Shown piece after piece: positions 1 through 9,029 of a stretch of DNA of 64,000 nt. The DNA is from Promethearchaeota archaeon. Lineage in GTDB: Archaea; Asgardarchaeota; Lokiarchaeia; Sigyniarchaeales; SOKP01. Numbering within the stretch: the first letter of the stretch is position 1; the number at the start of each line of letters is the position of its first letter. The translations under genes and the position numbers were made by a program. The stretch spans positions 54,086-118,085 of the forward strand of contig JAHLWP010000010.1 of the NCBI GenBank assembly GCA_019057865.1. Direction: 5' to 3'. The notes beneath the pieces were generated by a model. The model saw only the letters and a list, made by a program, of their open reading frames with translations, did no database searches and was not told the DNA's origin.

Positions 1-449
1 GTTCCTCCATGAAAATTATGAGTATCCTCAGCACATAAAAGAGTTGTTGGAGGTTCATGAATATCTTCTTTATCTCGAATCAATTCTTGAAGTTCATCTA
101 AGTTTGGCATAGCTTTATTTGATGAATAAGTACAAATCATTAATCCTCCGATTCGAGCAGCACTTCCTACCTCATGACCATAAATATGACTAAGTTCCTC
201 AACCATTATTTCATCTCCAGGTGTGGTTTGAGATAATAAAGAAACAAGGTTTCCTTGTGTTCCTGAAGTGACAAATAATGCTGCTTCTTTTCCAACTATC
301 TTTGCTGCTTTATCTTCCAACTCATTAACAGTTGGATCTTCTCTTTCAACATCATCACCTATCTTTGTATTATCCAACGATTTAACTACTTCCCACATTT
401 CGGGAGATGGTTTTGTTACAGTATCAGAACGGAGATCAACAATTTTCAT
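1..449 (-). CDS. ltaE: Low-specificity L-threonine aldolase (runs off window start)
   Basis: Hand translation from ATG 449: MKIVDLRSDTVTKPSPEMWEVV...GDDVEREDPTVNELEDKAAKIVGKEAALFVTSGTQGNLVS...EDTHNFHGG. DLRSDTVT and SGTQGN are family signatures. Missing from the ORF track. Confidence 0.9.
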   Translation of the reverse strand, partial: MKIVDLRSDTVTKPSPEMWEVVKSLDNTKIGDDVEREDPTVNELEDKAAKIVGKEAALFVTSGTQGNLVSLLSQTTPGDEIMVEELSHIYGHEVGSAARIGGLMICTYSSNKAMPNLDELQELIRDKEDIHEPPTTLLCAEDTHNFHGG

Positions 450-543
450 TTTAATCAAAATCTTAAGTATATTATTTTATGTTTTTATAATGTATCATAG
501 AAATAAAAAATTATTAACAGTATTTTTCATTGAAGTTTTTAAT

Positions 544-930
544 ATGAACAATTTTAGAAAAATTGACGAAAACATACAGTTTCCAGAAGTTACCGGTAAT
601 TTTATTGTGGTCTATGAAGATCAGGACATCTATTTATATGGATGGATTGCACTTGATAAGACTTTTGATAATTTTTGCTCTTTTTTACAAGAAGAAATAG
701 AATATTCCTGGGGTTTTGAATACGCAGATATGAACGATTACTTAATTTTCTATATTAATATGAATGATAAAAATCAATTAAAAGAAATATCTGATAATCA
801 ATATTATCAAAATATTCGAAAGCAAGATGAAATTTTCATAGTAGTATTACATAAAAAAATCAAATATCGAATTATAGAAAATATTCCACCAGTATACGAT
901 TGGTTTATGGAAGATTTTTCAAGTTTTTAA
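544..930 (+). CDS. Hypothetical protein
   Basis: 3' part of ORF 268..930. ATG 544 (MNNFRKIDEN) avoids overlap with ltaE. Confidence 0.55.
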   Translation: MNNFRKIDENIQFPEVTGNFIVVYEDQDIYLYGWIALDKTFDNFCSFLQEEIEYSWGFEYADMNDYLIFYINMNDKNQLKEISDNQYYQNIRKQDEIFIVVLHKKIKYRIIENIPPVYDWFMEDFSSF

Positions 931-1030
931 TCTTCTACTTAAAATTTCAAAAAATTCAGAAAAAAAAAAAAAATTAAAGATTATTTTTTTAATAATTTCC
1001 CGTTATTTTTATTTGAGGTTCTTTGACAAA

Positions 1031-1783
1031 TTACAAACCTGGAATTCCTGTCCGTTTGTGGATGATCTCCAGTATCTTGGTGATAAATGTGATTGTAATT
1101 AAAAAGATCATAGTTGTAAGGACGTATGTAGTGAGTGGATAAAACGTCTTATGAGCGATAACGTCTGCCTGAAAAAATAATTCCTCCACTCCTCCAATAA
1201 AATAGATAAGGACAGTATATTTTGGAAGATAAGCAGCTTCATTGGACCAAGCAGGGATAACACGGCGCAAAGCTTGTGGTAATACGATATGGTGAATACT
1301 AGCAATACGTGACATTCCCAGCGAGCGTGCAGCTTCTAATTACCCAGTTCCAACAGAAATAATGGCTCCACGGAGATATTCAGCTTGATAAACCGCACTA
1401 TTAAGACTCAGCGTGAGTATACCCACAAATATTGGGTAATCCATAAGCTTCAGAGTGATGTCTCTATCTAGCATTCTAAAGCTAGTCTTTAAACTCCAAC
1501 TTCCAACAGGGATATTTAAGCTAACGGGAAGAAAATAAATGAATAATAATTGCGCGAGCAAAGGTGTACCACGTATAATCTCAATGTACCCAGTAGCAAT
1601 CCGTGAAAGAATCCTCCCTCCGTACTGGCGAAGTATGCTAAGGATAAGACCAAGCAAAAAGCCCATCAAAAGTGCGCATCCATACAACCACATCGTCAAT
1701 AAAAAACCTGAGAAGATATGATCCCAGGATTTCAGTACAGCAAAAATTTCCTTAATGGGGTTGGGACTAGCTTGAAATATCAT
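1031..1783 (-). pseudogene. Polar amino-acid ABC permease with one in-frame nonsense codon
   Basis: ORFs 1340..1783 and 1031..1315 are in the same frame: ...VGTG-TAA-LEAARSLGMSR. The paralog at 4790..5539 has Q (CAA) here. Confidence 0.85.
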
Positions 1784-2510
1784 TTACTTTCCTCCTCATA
1801 TGATTGCTTTAAAAGCCCTTCATGGCTTCCATATAATATCTGAAGCTGTTTGAGAAATTTTTTTACTCGATCAGACTTAGGCGAGGTGAAGAAATGTTTA
1901 GGAGTTCCCCGTTCTAAGATAACTCCATCACCGAGAAAAATCATTTCTGATGCAACAGCTCTCGCGAAACCCATTTCGTGAGTGACAACTATCATTGTAG
2001 TACCTGCTTTAGCAATATCCAACATCACTTGGAGTACTTCGCCAATCAGTTCAGGATCTAAAGCAGAAGTAGGCTCGTCAAACAAGATTACATCTGGCTC
2101 CATGGCCAAAGCACATGCAATACCTACACGTTGTTGTTGTCCACCGGATAGTTCTGCAGGATAGTGATCAGCCCATTGCTCCATTTTAACTTGTTGCAAT
2201 GCCTCTAGTGCCTTTGCGCGAGCTTCTTCCTTTAAAAGACCTTTCACCCGGCGAAGCCCTATACTAACATTATCTATCGCTTTGAGATGAGCAAATAGAT
2301 TAAAATGTTGGAATACCATGCCGATCCTTGCTCGTATCGTATTAAGATTTATTCCAGATGCCATAAGATTCTGTCCACGAAGATATACTTCACCCTTATC
2401 TGGTGGGCTTAGCATATTGATGCAACGAAGTAGTGTACTTTTACCAGAACCACTTGGCCCAAATATTATCTTGACTTCTCGCTCTGCTACTTCGAGTGAA
2501 ACACCCTTAA
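1780..2510 (-). pseudogene. Polar amino-acid ABC ATPase (GlnQ-like), N-terminus missing
   Basis: [29 protein letters not shown]. Similarity to 5536..6327 ends at about 2510 and the first ~20 codons are absent. Confidence 0.8.
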
Positions 2511-3085
2511 TAAATCCGGAGCAATTCCAAGGTAAAGATTTAATGGTATTTCCCTGTTTAGTGTCACATTCAAAATTTTCTCAGAGGGGAATTGGGAAAC
2601 AATTAATTGAAGCGGCAGAGAAAGAAACTTTCAATCAAAAGCGAAAGGGAATTGCAACGATTGGTTATTTTTGGGATTTTTGGTTTATGCCTGCAAAGTA
2701 TTTTTTAAACCTTGGTTTTAAAGTCGTGGTAAGGAGGGGTGAAGAAGCAATATTATGGAAACAGTTTGATCAAACTGCAGAACCACCTACATTTAGGGAA
2801 GAAAACTATAAATTTAAACCCATTAAAGGAAAAGTGGTAATAGATCTATTTTGGAGTACTTTCTGTTTAACCAGTGATGTTGAAGCCCAAAGAGTTCGAG
2901 AAATAGTCTCAGAATATGGAGGTACTGTGATTTTAAATGAATATTCTGCTGATAATCAATCAATTTTACAACAATATGGTATTTCTCGAAGAATCTATGT
3001 GAATGGTAAAATAGTTGAAGTGGGTCCAGAAATAGAAAAAGAAGAGCTTAGACAAGAAATTGAAAATGCTAAAATAAAGATTTAG
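2511..3085 (+). pseudogene. GNAT acetyltransferase, N-terminally truncated
   Basis: [15 protein letters not shown] acetyl-CoA motif and YFLNLGF. The upstream part of ORF 2318..3085 is only antisense of the ATPase. Confidence 0.7.
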
Positions 3086-4218
3086 CTTTGCGAATTTTTT
3101 AACTCCATAAGTAATTCATGTATGCGACTAAGTGCTTGGGTAAGGTAATCTTGCGGCAGTCCAAAACCAATCCGAAGGAACTTGTCCATACCGAAAAAAT
3201 CCCCTGGTATAATGAGTACATTCTTTTCCTTTCGCAAACGCTCTGCAAATTCAGTAGAATTGATATCTAAGTGATAACGTAAGAAAAGGATTGCAGCTGC
3301 TTGTGGAGGTATAAAACTGAATGTATTTTTGTGGTTATCCATCCATGATTGTAAAACCAGATATCCATTACGAATGAACTTACGAGTACGCTTGATAATG
3401 CGCGGTCTTACTTTAGGGGACAAGGCGATCGCAGCGAGTTTGTTTGATAACATCGTGGCACTGATTGTAGTATACTCGTGTCTAGCCCAAATATTATCTA
3501 TAGTATCAATAGGACCGAGTACCCAGCCAATACGAAGTCCAGGTAAACCATATGCTTTACTCATACTACCCACCGCTAGTACTTTGTCGTATCGTCCATA
3601 AAATGAAGGAGTTTGATCGTTTATCAAACGTTCAGCACCAATATAGACTTCATCGGCCAAAATCCATGCACCAACTCGTTCTGCTGCATTAACAATAGCA
3701 TCCATTTCATTCTCAGTAAGGATATAACCAGTAGGGTTATTAGGATTACATACGGCGATGAGTTTGGTATTTTTTGTCACTTTTTCTTGTAATTCATCTA
3801 AGTCAGGTGCCCAACCATTTTCCTCGAGTAGATGGAGTTTTCTTAACCTAAAATTATTGTTCTTGGCAATACCCCAAATTTGCATGTAATTTGGTAGCAT
3901 CATGACGATTTCATCACCAGCAGCAAGTAACGTACGGATAGCATTATAATTGGCTTCAATTGCCCCTACCGTAACCAAAACATTGTCCGCCGTAGCACCA
4001 TCATATAACGCAGCAATATTTTCCCTTAGTTCGGGGATGCCATTAACATGTGGATAATTCAGATCAGTAGCAAGAAGATGATTGATATAATCTGGATCAT
4101 CTGAAAGTAATTCGCTGAGCGACATTGGATGAACACTACTTTCGGTCAGGTTGAACTCAACATCCTGCTCAAACTTGGACATCCAGCGTTCTTTAGCAAA
4201 GGGTTGAAATTTTTGCAT
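3082..4218 (-). CDS. PLP-dependent aminotransferase class I/II
   Basis: CNPNNPTG, ILADEVY, SMSKAYGLPGLRIGW motifs. Confidence 0.92.
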   Translation of the reverse strand: MQKFQPFAKERWMSKFEQDVEFNLTESSVHPMSLSELLSDDPDYINHLLATDLNYPHVNGIPELRENIAALYDGATADNVLVTVGAIEANYNAIRTLLAAGDEIVMMLPNYMQIWGIAKNNNFRLRKLHLLEENGWAPDLDELQEKVTKNTKLIAVCNPNNPTGYILTENEMDAIVNAAERVGAWILADEVYIGAERLINDQTPSFYGRYDKVLAVGSMSKAYGLPGLRIGWVLGPIDTIDNIWARHEYTTISATMLSNKLAAIALSPKVRPRIIKRTRKFIRNGYLVLQSWMDNHKNTFSFIPPQAAAILFLRYHLDINSTEFAERLRKEKNVLIIPGDFFGMDKFLRIGFGLPQDYLTQALSRIHELLMELKNSQS

Positions 4219-4397
4219 TTTATTGTTTTACTATTTGGAATTAATTTAAAAGAGTATTAAATCTATTTTAAATCTTCTTTGATCTATTATTTTTCTTAAT
4301 CAATTGTACAATTATTCTAGTTGATAAATCGAAGTATGTCTCTAGGTTACCTTAAATCAACATTTCAATTAAGAATTTCAATATTATTCTAATATAT

Positions 4398-4616
4398 CTA
4401 TATACGTATATACGTGACAATTCCTTCTAATGTGTCTGTTGAAATCACGCTTCCAGTACTAAAATGGTCTGATGTTACCCAGTTTGGATTTATCAAGATT
4501 TTTTCTTCTGAATTGGTGATAAAATCTTTTAAAGGGATCAATTTAAGGGTTCTTAAAACTACCGCTTGAGTCGTTTCATGAGATCCTCTTTTAACAACGT
4601 AGACTTTCGTTTTCAT
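4398..4616 (-). pseudogene. N-terminal fragment of DUF362-like protein
   Basis: KILINPNWV...STDTLEGIV resembles the DUF362 N-terminus; the ORF stops after 72 aa. Confidence 0.5.
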
Positions 4617-4789
4617 TTTTGTAACATTTAATTCAAATGAAAGGATTAAAATATCAAATTATATAAATTACTGAACTAAAAACGATAGGTGTTAAAAAAA
4701 AAAAAATTTTATAATTTAATTATTATCTTTTACATAACTAAAAGTTGAGGGCTCTCATTTTTTTCAATAGGTAGTAATTATTGGGCATC

Positions 4790-5539
4790 CTACAATCCCG
4801 GAATCGCCGTTCGTTTGTGGATGACATCTAGTACTTTGGAAACAGTTGAGATCAAGACTATAAAGATGATAGCGATAATAATGAATGTAGCCTCTGGGAT
4901 AAACTCCCTAAATACGAGATAGTGAGCCTTGCCAAAAAGTTCTGGTACTCCAATATACCAGACAACTATAGTATATTTCGGAAGATAGGCGGCTTCGTTG
5001 GACCATGCAGGAATAACACGGCGTAAAGCCTGTGGCAACACGATATGGACTATACCCGCCCGACGAGACATACCCAGCGATTGGGCAGCTACTAGTTGCT
5101 CAGTACCAACAGATGTAATAGCACCACGGAGGTATTCAGCTTGATAAGCCGCACTATTAAGACCTAAAGCGAGGATACCTACTAAAATTTCTGGATTTAA
5201 AAAGATGAAAGTCATCTCCCTATTACTGATTCTAAAGTTAGTGTAGAAGGCCCACCTTTTAATGGGGATATTCAAGCTATAAGGGAGAAAGTATAGGAGT
5301 AATATCTGTGCTAGTAAAGGTGTACCCCGCACAATTTCGATGTACCCAGTAGCAATCCGTGAAATAATTGCCCCCCCATATTGGCGAAGAATGGCGAGGA
5401 AAAGGCCAAGAAAAAAGCCTATCACTAGTGCCCATACATATAACCAAATCATCATTGTAAAACCTTCTAGGATTTCATCCCAGTATTCTAGTACGGTAAG
5501 TAAGTCCTGAATTTCCTGAGGGAGAGCTTGGAACATCAT
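4790..5539 (-). CDS. Polar amino-acid ABC transporter permease
   Basis: YIEIVRGTPLLAQ, NSAAYQAEYLRG, IVLPQALR. Confidence 0.92.
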   Translation of the reverse strand: MMFQALPQEIQDLLTVLEYWDEILEGFTMMIWLYVWALVIGFFLGLFLAILRQYGGAIISRIATGYIEIVRGTPLLAQILLLYFLPYSLNIPIKRWAFYTNFRISNREMTFIFLNPEILVGILALGLNSAAYQAEYLRGAITSVGTEQLVAAQSLGMSRRAGIVHIVLPQALRRVIPAWSNEAAYLPKYTIVVWYIGVPELFGKAHYLVFREFIPEATFIIIAIIFIVLISTVSKVLDVIHKRTAIPGL

Positions 5540-6327
5540 TTGTTTTCGTCCTCATTTGACAATTTCAGAAGTCCTTCATGGCCTCCGTATAAAATATCAA
5601 GTTGCTTAAGAAAAGCTTTCACACGATCAGACTTTGGTGAGACGAAGAAATGTTGCGGGGTTCCTCGTTCTATTATGACGCCATCACCGAGGAAAAGCAT
5701 TTCTGATGAAACAGCTCTTGCGAATCCCATTTCGTGAGTTACTACTATCATTGTAGTACCAGTTTTAGCAAGATCCAACATTGCTTGAAGTACTTCACCA
5801 ATCAGTTCAGGATCCAAAGCAGAGGTTGGTTCATCAAACAAAATAACTTCAGGCTCCATTACCAATGCACGTGCAATACCTACACGCTGTTGTTGACCAC
5901 CGGATAATTGTGCAGGATAATGATCAGCCCATTCCGCCATCCTTACTTGATGTAAAGCTTTCGATGCCTTCGAGCGAGCCTCTTCCTTTGATACACCTTT
6001 TACTCGGTGAAGACCGATACTAACGTTATCTATTGCTCTGAGATGCGCAAAAAGATTAAAATGTTGGAATACCATACCGATATTTGCTCGCATTTTGTTA
6101 AGATTGATTCCAGGCTCCATTAGATTCTGTTCCGAGAGATATACCTCTCCTTGGTCTGGTGGATCCAGCATATTGATGCAACGAAGCAATGTGCTCTTAC
6201 CAGAGCCGCTTGGTCCAAAGATAACCTTCACCTCTCGTTCCATTAACTCAAATGAGATCCCCTTAAGAACCTCCAATTCTCCATATGATTTCCACACATC
6301 AACGATGCGTAGCACGGATTTACCCAT
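5536..6327 (-). CDS. Polar amino-acid ABC transporter ATP-binding protein
   Basis: Walker [19 protein letters not shown] signature, [11 protein letters not shown]. Confidence 0.95.
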   Translation of the reverse strand: MGKSVLRIVDVWKSYGELEVLKGISFELMEREVKVIFGPSGSGKSTLLRCINMLDPPDQGEVYLSEQNLMEPGINLNKMRANIGMVFQHFNLFAHLRAIDNVSIGLHRVKGVSKEEARSKASKALHQVRMAEWADHYPAQLSGGQQQRVGIARALVMEPEVILFDEPTSALDPELIGEVLQAMLDLAKTGTTMIVVTHEMGFARAVSSEMLFLGDGVIIERGTPQHFFVSPKSDRVKAFLKQLDILYGGHEGLLKLSNEDENK

Positions 6328-6329
6328 CT

Positions 6330-7058
6330 TTATCCACCTCCCATTCCCAACTCTTCAAGTTTCTTGGTTTGCCGTTCGCCAAATAATCTTGTTATAGGAT
6401 AGGTGAATAGAAAATATATAATCGCCACAATACCTATGGATAGAGCCCATAAATCAACGAAATTTGATGATATCTGTAAGGACGCGTTCGTCATCTCGAC
6501 AATTCCAACCGTGAGGGCAAAGGATGAATCCTTGATGACCACCGCATATTCATTCGACCAGCTAGGAACCGCTAGCCGTAAGGCTTGTGGTAATATAATA
6601 GTTCGTAAAGCTTGGAAACGGCTCATCCCCAATGCACGAGCAGCCTCCTCCTGCCCTGGATTCACAGATAGAAGAGCGCCCCGAAAAATCTGAGATTGGT
6701 AAGCACCACTGCGAAGGGCAAGTGCCAAAATTACACCGACAAGCGGCCTATAACGTAGCTCTATGCCATAACATCTATTACCAAAGCAAATCTCATACAA
6801 ATAAGTTAGATAAATAGCAAAAATGAATATCAGAACCAGAATTGGGATTCCACGAAATATTTTTTCATAGCCACTCGCTAACCAATTAAGTTCTTTACCA
6901 CCATAAACGCGCATAATTGCCAGTGATAAACCTATCACAAACCCACCTAATAGACCTAGAGCTGTGAGCAATAATGTTGCAGGCAATCCTTTCGAAAGAA
7001 TATAAAAAAAAATTTCAGCGGAATTGGGAGGATTCGGAATGCTGTTCACCCAAACCAT
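6330..7058 (-). CDS. Polar amino-acid ABC transporter permease
   Basis: FRGIPILV, GQEEAARALGM (EAA loop), IKDSS. Confidence 0.92.
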   Translation of the reverse strand: MVWVNSIPNPPNSAEIFFYILSKGLPATLLLTALGLLGGFVIGLSLAIMRVYGGKELNWLASGYEKIFRGIPILVLIFIFAIYLTYLYEICFGNRCYGIELRYRPLVGVILALALRSGAYQSQIFRGALLSVNPGQEEAARALGMSRFQALRTIILPQALRLAVPSWSNEYAVVIKDSSFALTVGIVEMTNASLQISSNFVDLWALSIGIVAIIYFLFTYPITRLFGERQTKKLEELGMGGG

Positions 7059-7843
7059 TTTTCGATGAGTAAATCCATAGTTCCATCTCCAAAGGCATTA
7101 AGGATGACTGTATTGATTTCTTTCATCAGCTCGGGTTCTTCCCAACGACACCAAAGTGCTGTAGGCTCAGCTGGTACTGTGAATATAGACTTAAATGCGT
7201 ATGTTTTGGCATAGACGGTAAAAACTGGTTCATCTACAAATGCAGCATCAATCGTTCCAGCATCTAATGCGGCCATAAGTATGTTAGCTTTAGGGTATAC
7301 TAAAAGATCTACGCCTTCAGTCATGCCGAGGTCTAATAAGGTATCATGCTGTGTGGTACCCGATTGAACACCAACAGTGTAAGCTGTAATTTCATCTAAA
7401 CTAGTGATATTAATCGTTGAGGCAGTCTTGACGATGACAACCTCAGTTACACGAATGTAGGGCACGGAATGCGCGAGTTGTTCTGCACGAGTTGGTGTAA
7501 CCATCATTGCAGCCGCAATCATATCGATAGTGCCTGCTTTACAAGCACCAATCAAGATATCAAAATCCATATCTGTCATCCTTAGGCTAACATTGAGATG
7601 CGCAGCTATCATGGCTGACAGATCGACGTCGAAACCTTGCCACTCATCCGCAGTAACATTAAATATCTCAAAAGGGGGCCATGGTTCATCAGTTCCCACA
7701 TAAATATAGCCTCGATCCTGAATCTCCTCGAGTAATGTCTTCCCTTCTGGTTCTGCGGTAAGAAGTGGAGGTATAAACCATCCAAGACCGAATCCAACTG
7801 CGAGACCAACTATAATACCTAATATAGCAAATTCTCTTTTCAT
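7046..7843 (-). CDS. Amino-acid ABC transporter substrate-binding protein (family 3)
   Basis: N-terminal TM anchor, VGTDEPWPPFE, GFDVDL, VGVQSGTT, LIEKWF. Confidence 0.92.
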   Translation of the reverse strand: MKREFAILGIIVGLAVGFGLGWFIPPLLTAEPEGKTLLEEIQDRGYIYVGTDEPWPPFEIFNVTADEWQGFDVDLSAMIAAHLNVSLRMTDMDFDILIGACKAGTIDMIAAAMMVTPTRAEQLAHSVPYIRVTEVVIVKTASTINITSLDEITAYTVGVQSGTTQHDTLLDLGMTEGVDLLVYPKANILMAALDAGTIDAAFVDEPVFTVYAKTYAFKSIFTVPAEPTALWCRWEEPELMKEINTVILNAFGDGTMDLLIEKWFG

Positions 7844-8160
7844 ATAATTATCATCTCCTTATTTTTAATTATAGATAATTTCTGTATTGTTATTTTTGGA
7901 AAAATTTCTATGTTGAAATATTCAATGAGTAAACTTATAAAGATTTCCATCTTTGTTTTAACAATATTAATTATTTCTATCCTTAAAATTTTTATTGAGT
8001 AATCGAAATAGTATATATTATATTTCATTATTTATCGTAAATTTGTAAGATATAACTAAATGTAGGGGAAATGTTACATTTCTTTACTATTTTTAGTTCA
8101 AATAACAATCATAAAAAAACAATTATATTATAAAAAAGAAAAAAAATTTGTAAAATCTAA

Positions 8161-8532
8161 TTAATTTGCTTTTAAAACTAATGTTATAGCTCTCGTTAAA
8201 CGAATAATATCCATTACTTTACCTTTCTCTACATTAATTTCTTCACGACTAATGGCATGCGTGAAATCACCTTTTCCATTACAAATTTTAACGATTGAAT
8301 TAGGATCTCCAGACATAACAATAACTGAATCTGATTTGGTCCCTTCTAACAAAATTGCTTTGCGGTTTTTAATATCTACATAAAAAGGGTCTTCAATATC
8401 AAGGTTGAATTGAAATGACATTTCCCAATCAACGTCCTTCCCAGCAATATTAGTTACAAAAACAACTTGAGCTTTTTCATTTTGGTTTATTTTTTCAATA
8501 ATTTTTGTTAAATTATCTCTTGCTATACCCAT
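8161..8532 (-). CDS. SCP2 sterol/lipid-binding domain protein
   Basis: FQFNLD..PFYVDI..., GDFTHAISREEINVEKG pattern; lies in a thiolase-DUF35 operon. Confidence 0.7.
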   Translation of the reverse strand: MGIARDNLTKIIEKINQNEKAQVVFVTNIAGKDVDWEMSFQFNLDIEDPFYVDIKNRKAILLEGTKSDSVIVMSGDPNSIVKICNGKGDFTHAISREEINVEKGKVMDIIRLTRAITLVLKAN

Positions 8533-8534
8533 TT

Positions 8535-9029
8535 TTACTTCCCTCCTTCATATTCAGGTTTATTAATCCAGTTTTCATATTCATCTTCTGGAACAAAGAA
8601 GAAATCTGTCATTTTCCCTTCTCTTACTTTGTTAAAAACAGCTCTAACTCTTCTTCCTTTTTTAATCTTAGAAGGAACTAAATTTTCTGAAAAAATTCCT
8701 TGAAGTAATGCGGTTTCTGCTCCATCTAATTTTATAAAGCCTATACTATAAGGTACGGCTTTTATAAATGCAGAAGTTGTATACCATACAATTGTGCTAA
8801 CTTCTATAGTTCCTGTTTGGTTCAATTCTACCCATTTAGCAGGAGCAAAACAATCAGAGCAATTGATCCTTGGAGGCATCCATGTCTTTCCACATTTAGT
8901 ACATTTTGTGCCCAATAGTTTTTTATTTTTCATTAATTCTAAAAAGAATTTGGATTGTCCTCCCATTGTGTATTTGTAGTTGATCCTTATTACATCTCTT
9001 ATTTGATGCTCCTGAAATTCTTCGCTCAT
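8535..9029 (-). CDS. DUF35 Zn-ribbon/OB-fold protein (thiolase partner)
   Basis: GTKCTKCGKTWMPPRINCSDC, IKLDGA, RVRAVF. Confidence 0.9.
   Translation of the reverse strand: MSEEFQEHQIRDVIRINYKYTMGGQSKFFLELMKNKKLLGTKCTKCGKTWMPPRINCSDCFAPAKWVELNQTGTIEVSTIVWYTTSAFIKAVPYSIGFIKLDGAETALLQGIFSENLVPSKIKKGRRVRAVFNKVREGKMTDFFFVPEDEYENWINKPEYEGGK

Noticed and set aside
268-543. 5' extension of ORF 268..930
   Set aside because: Antisense to ltaE plus intergenic sequence
1340-1342. In-frame stop as recoding (Sec/Pyl) or intron
   Set aside because: The codon is TAA at a Gln position, there is no insert, and the neighbouring ATPase is also broken
4385-4415. Palindrome ACGTATATACGT at the DUF362 truncation
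   Set aside because: No downstream exon resumes the protein and there is no BHB
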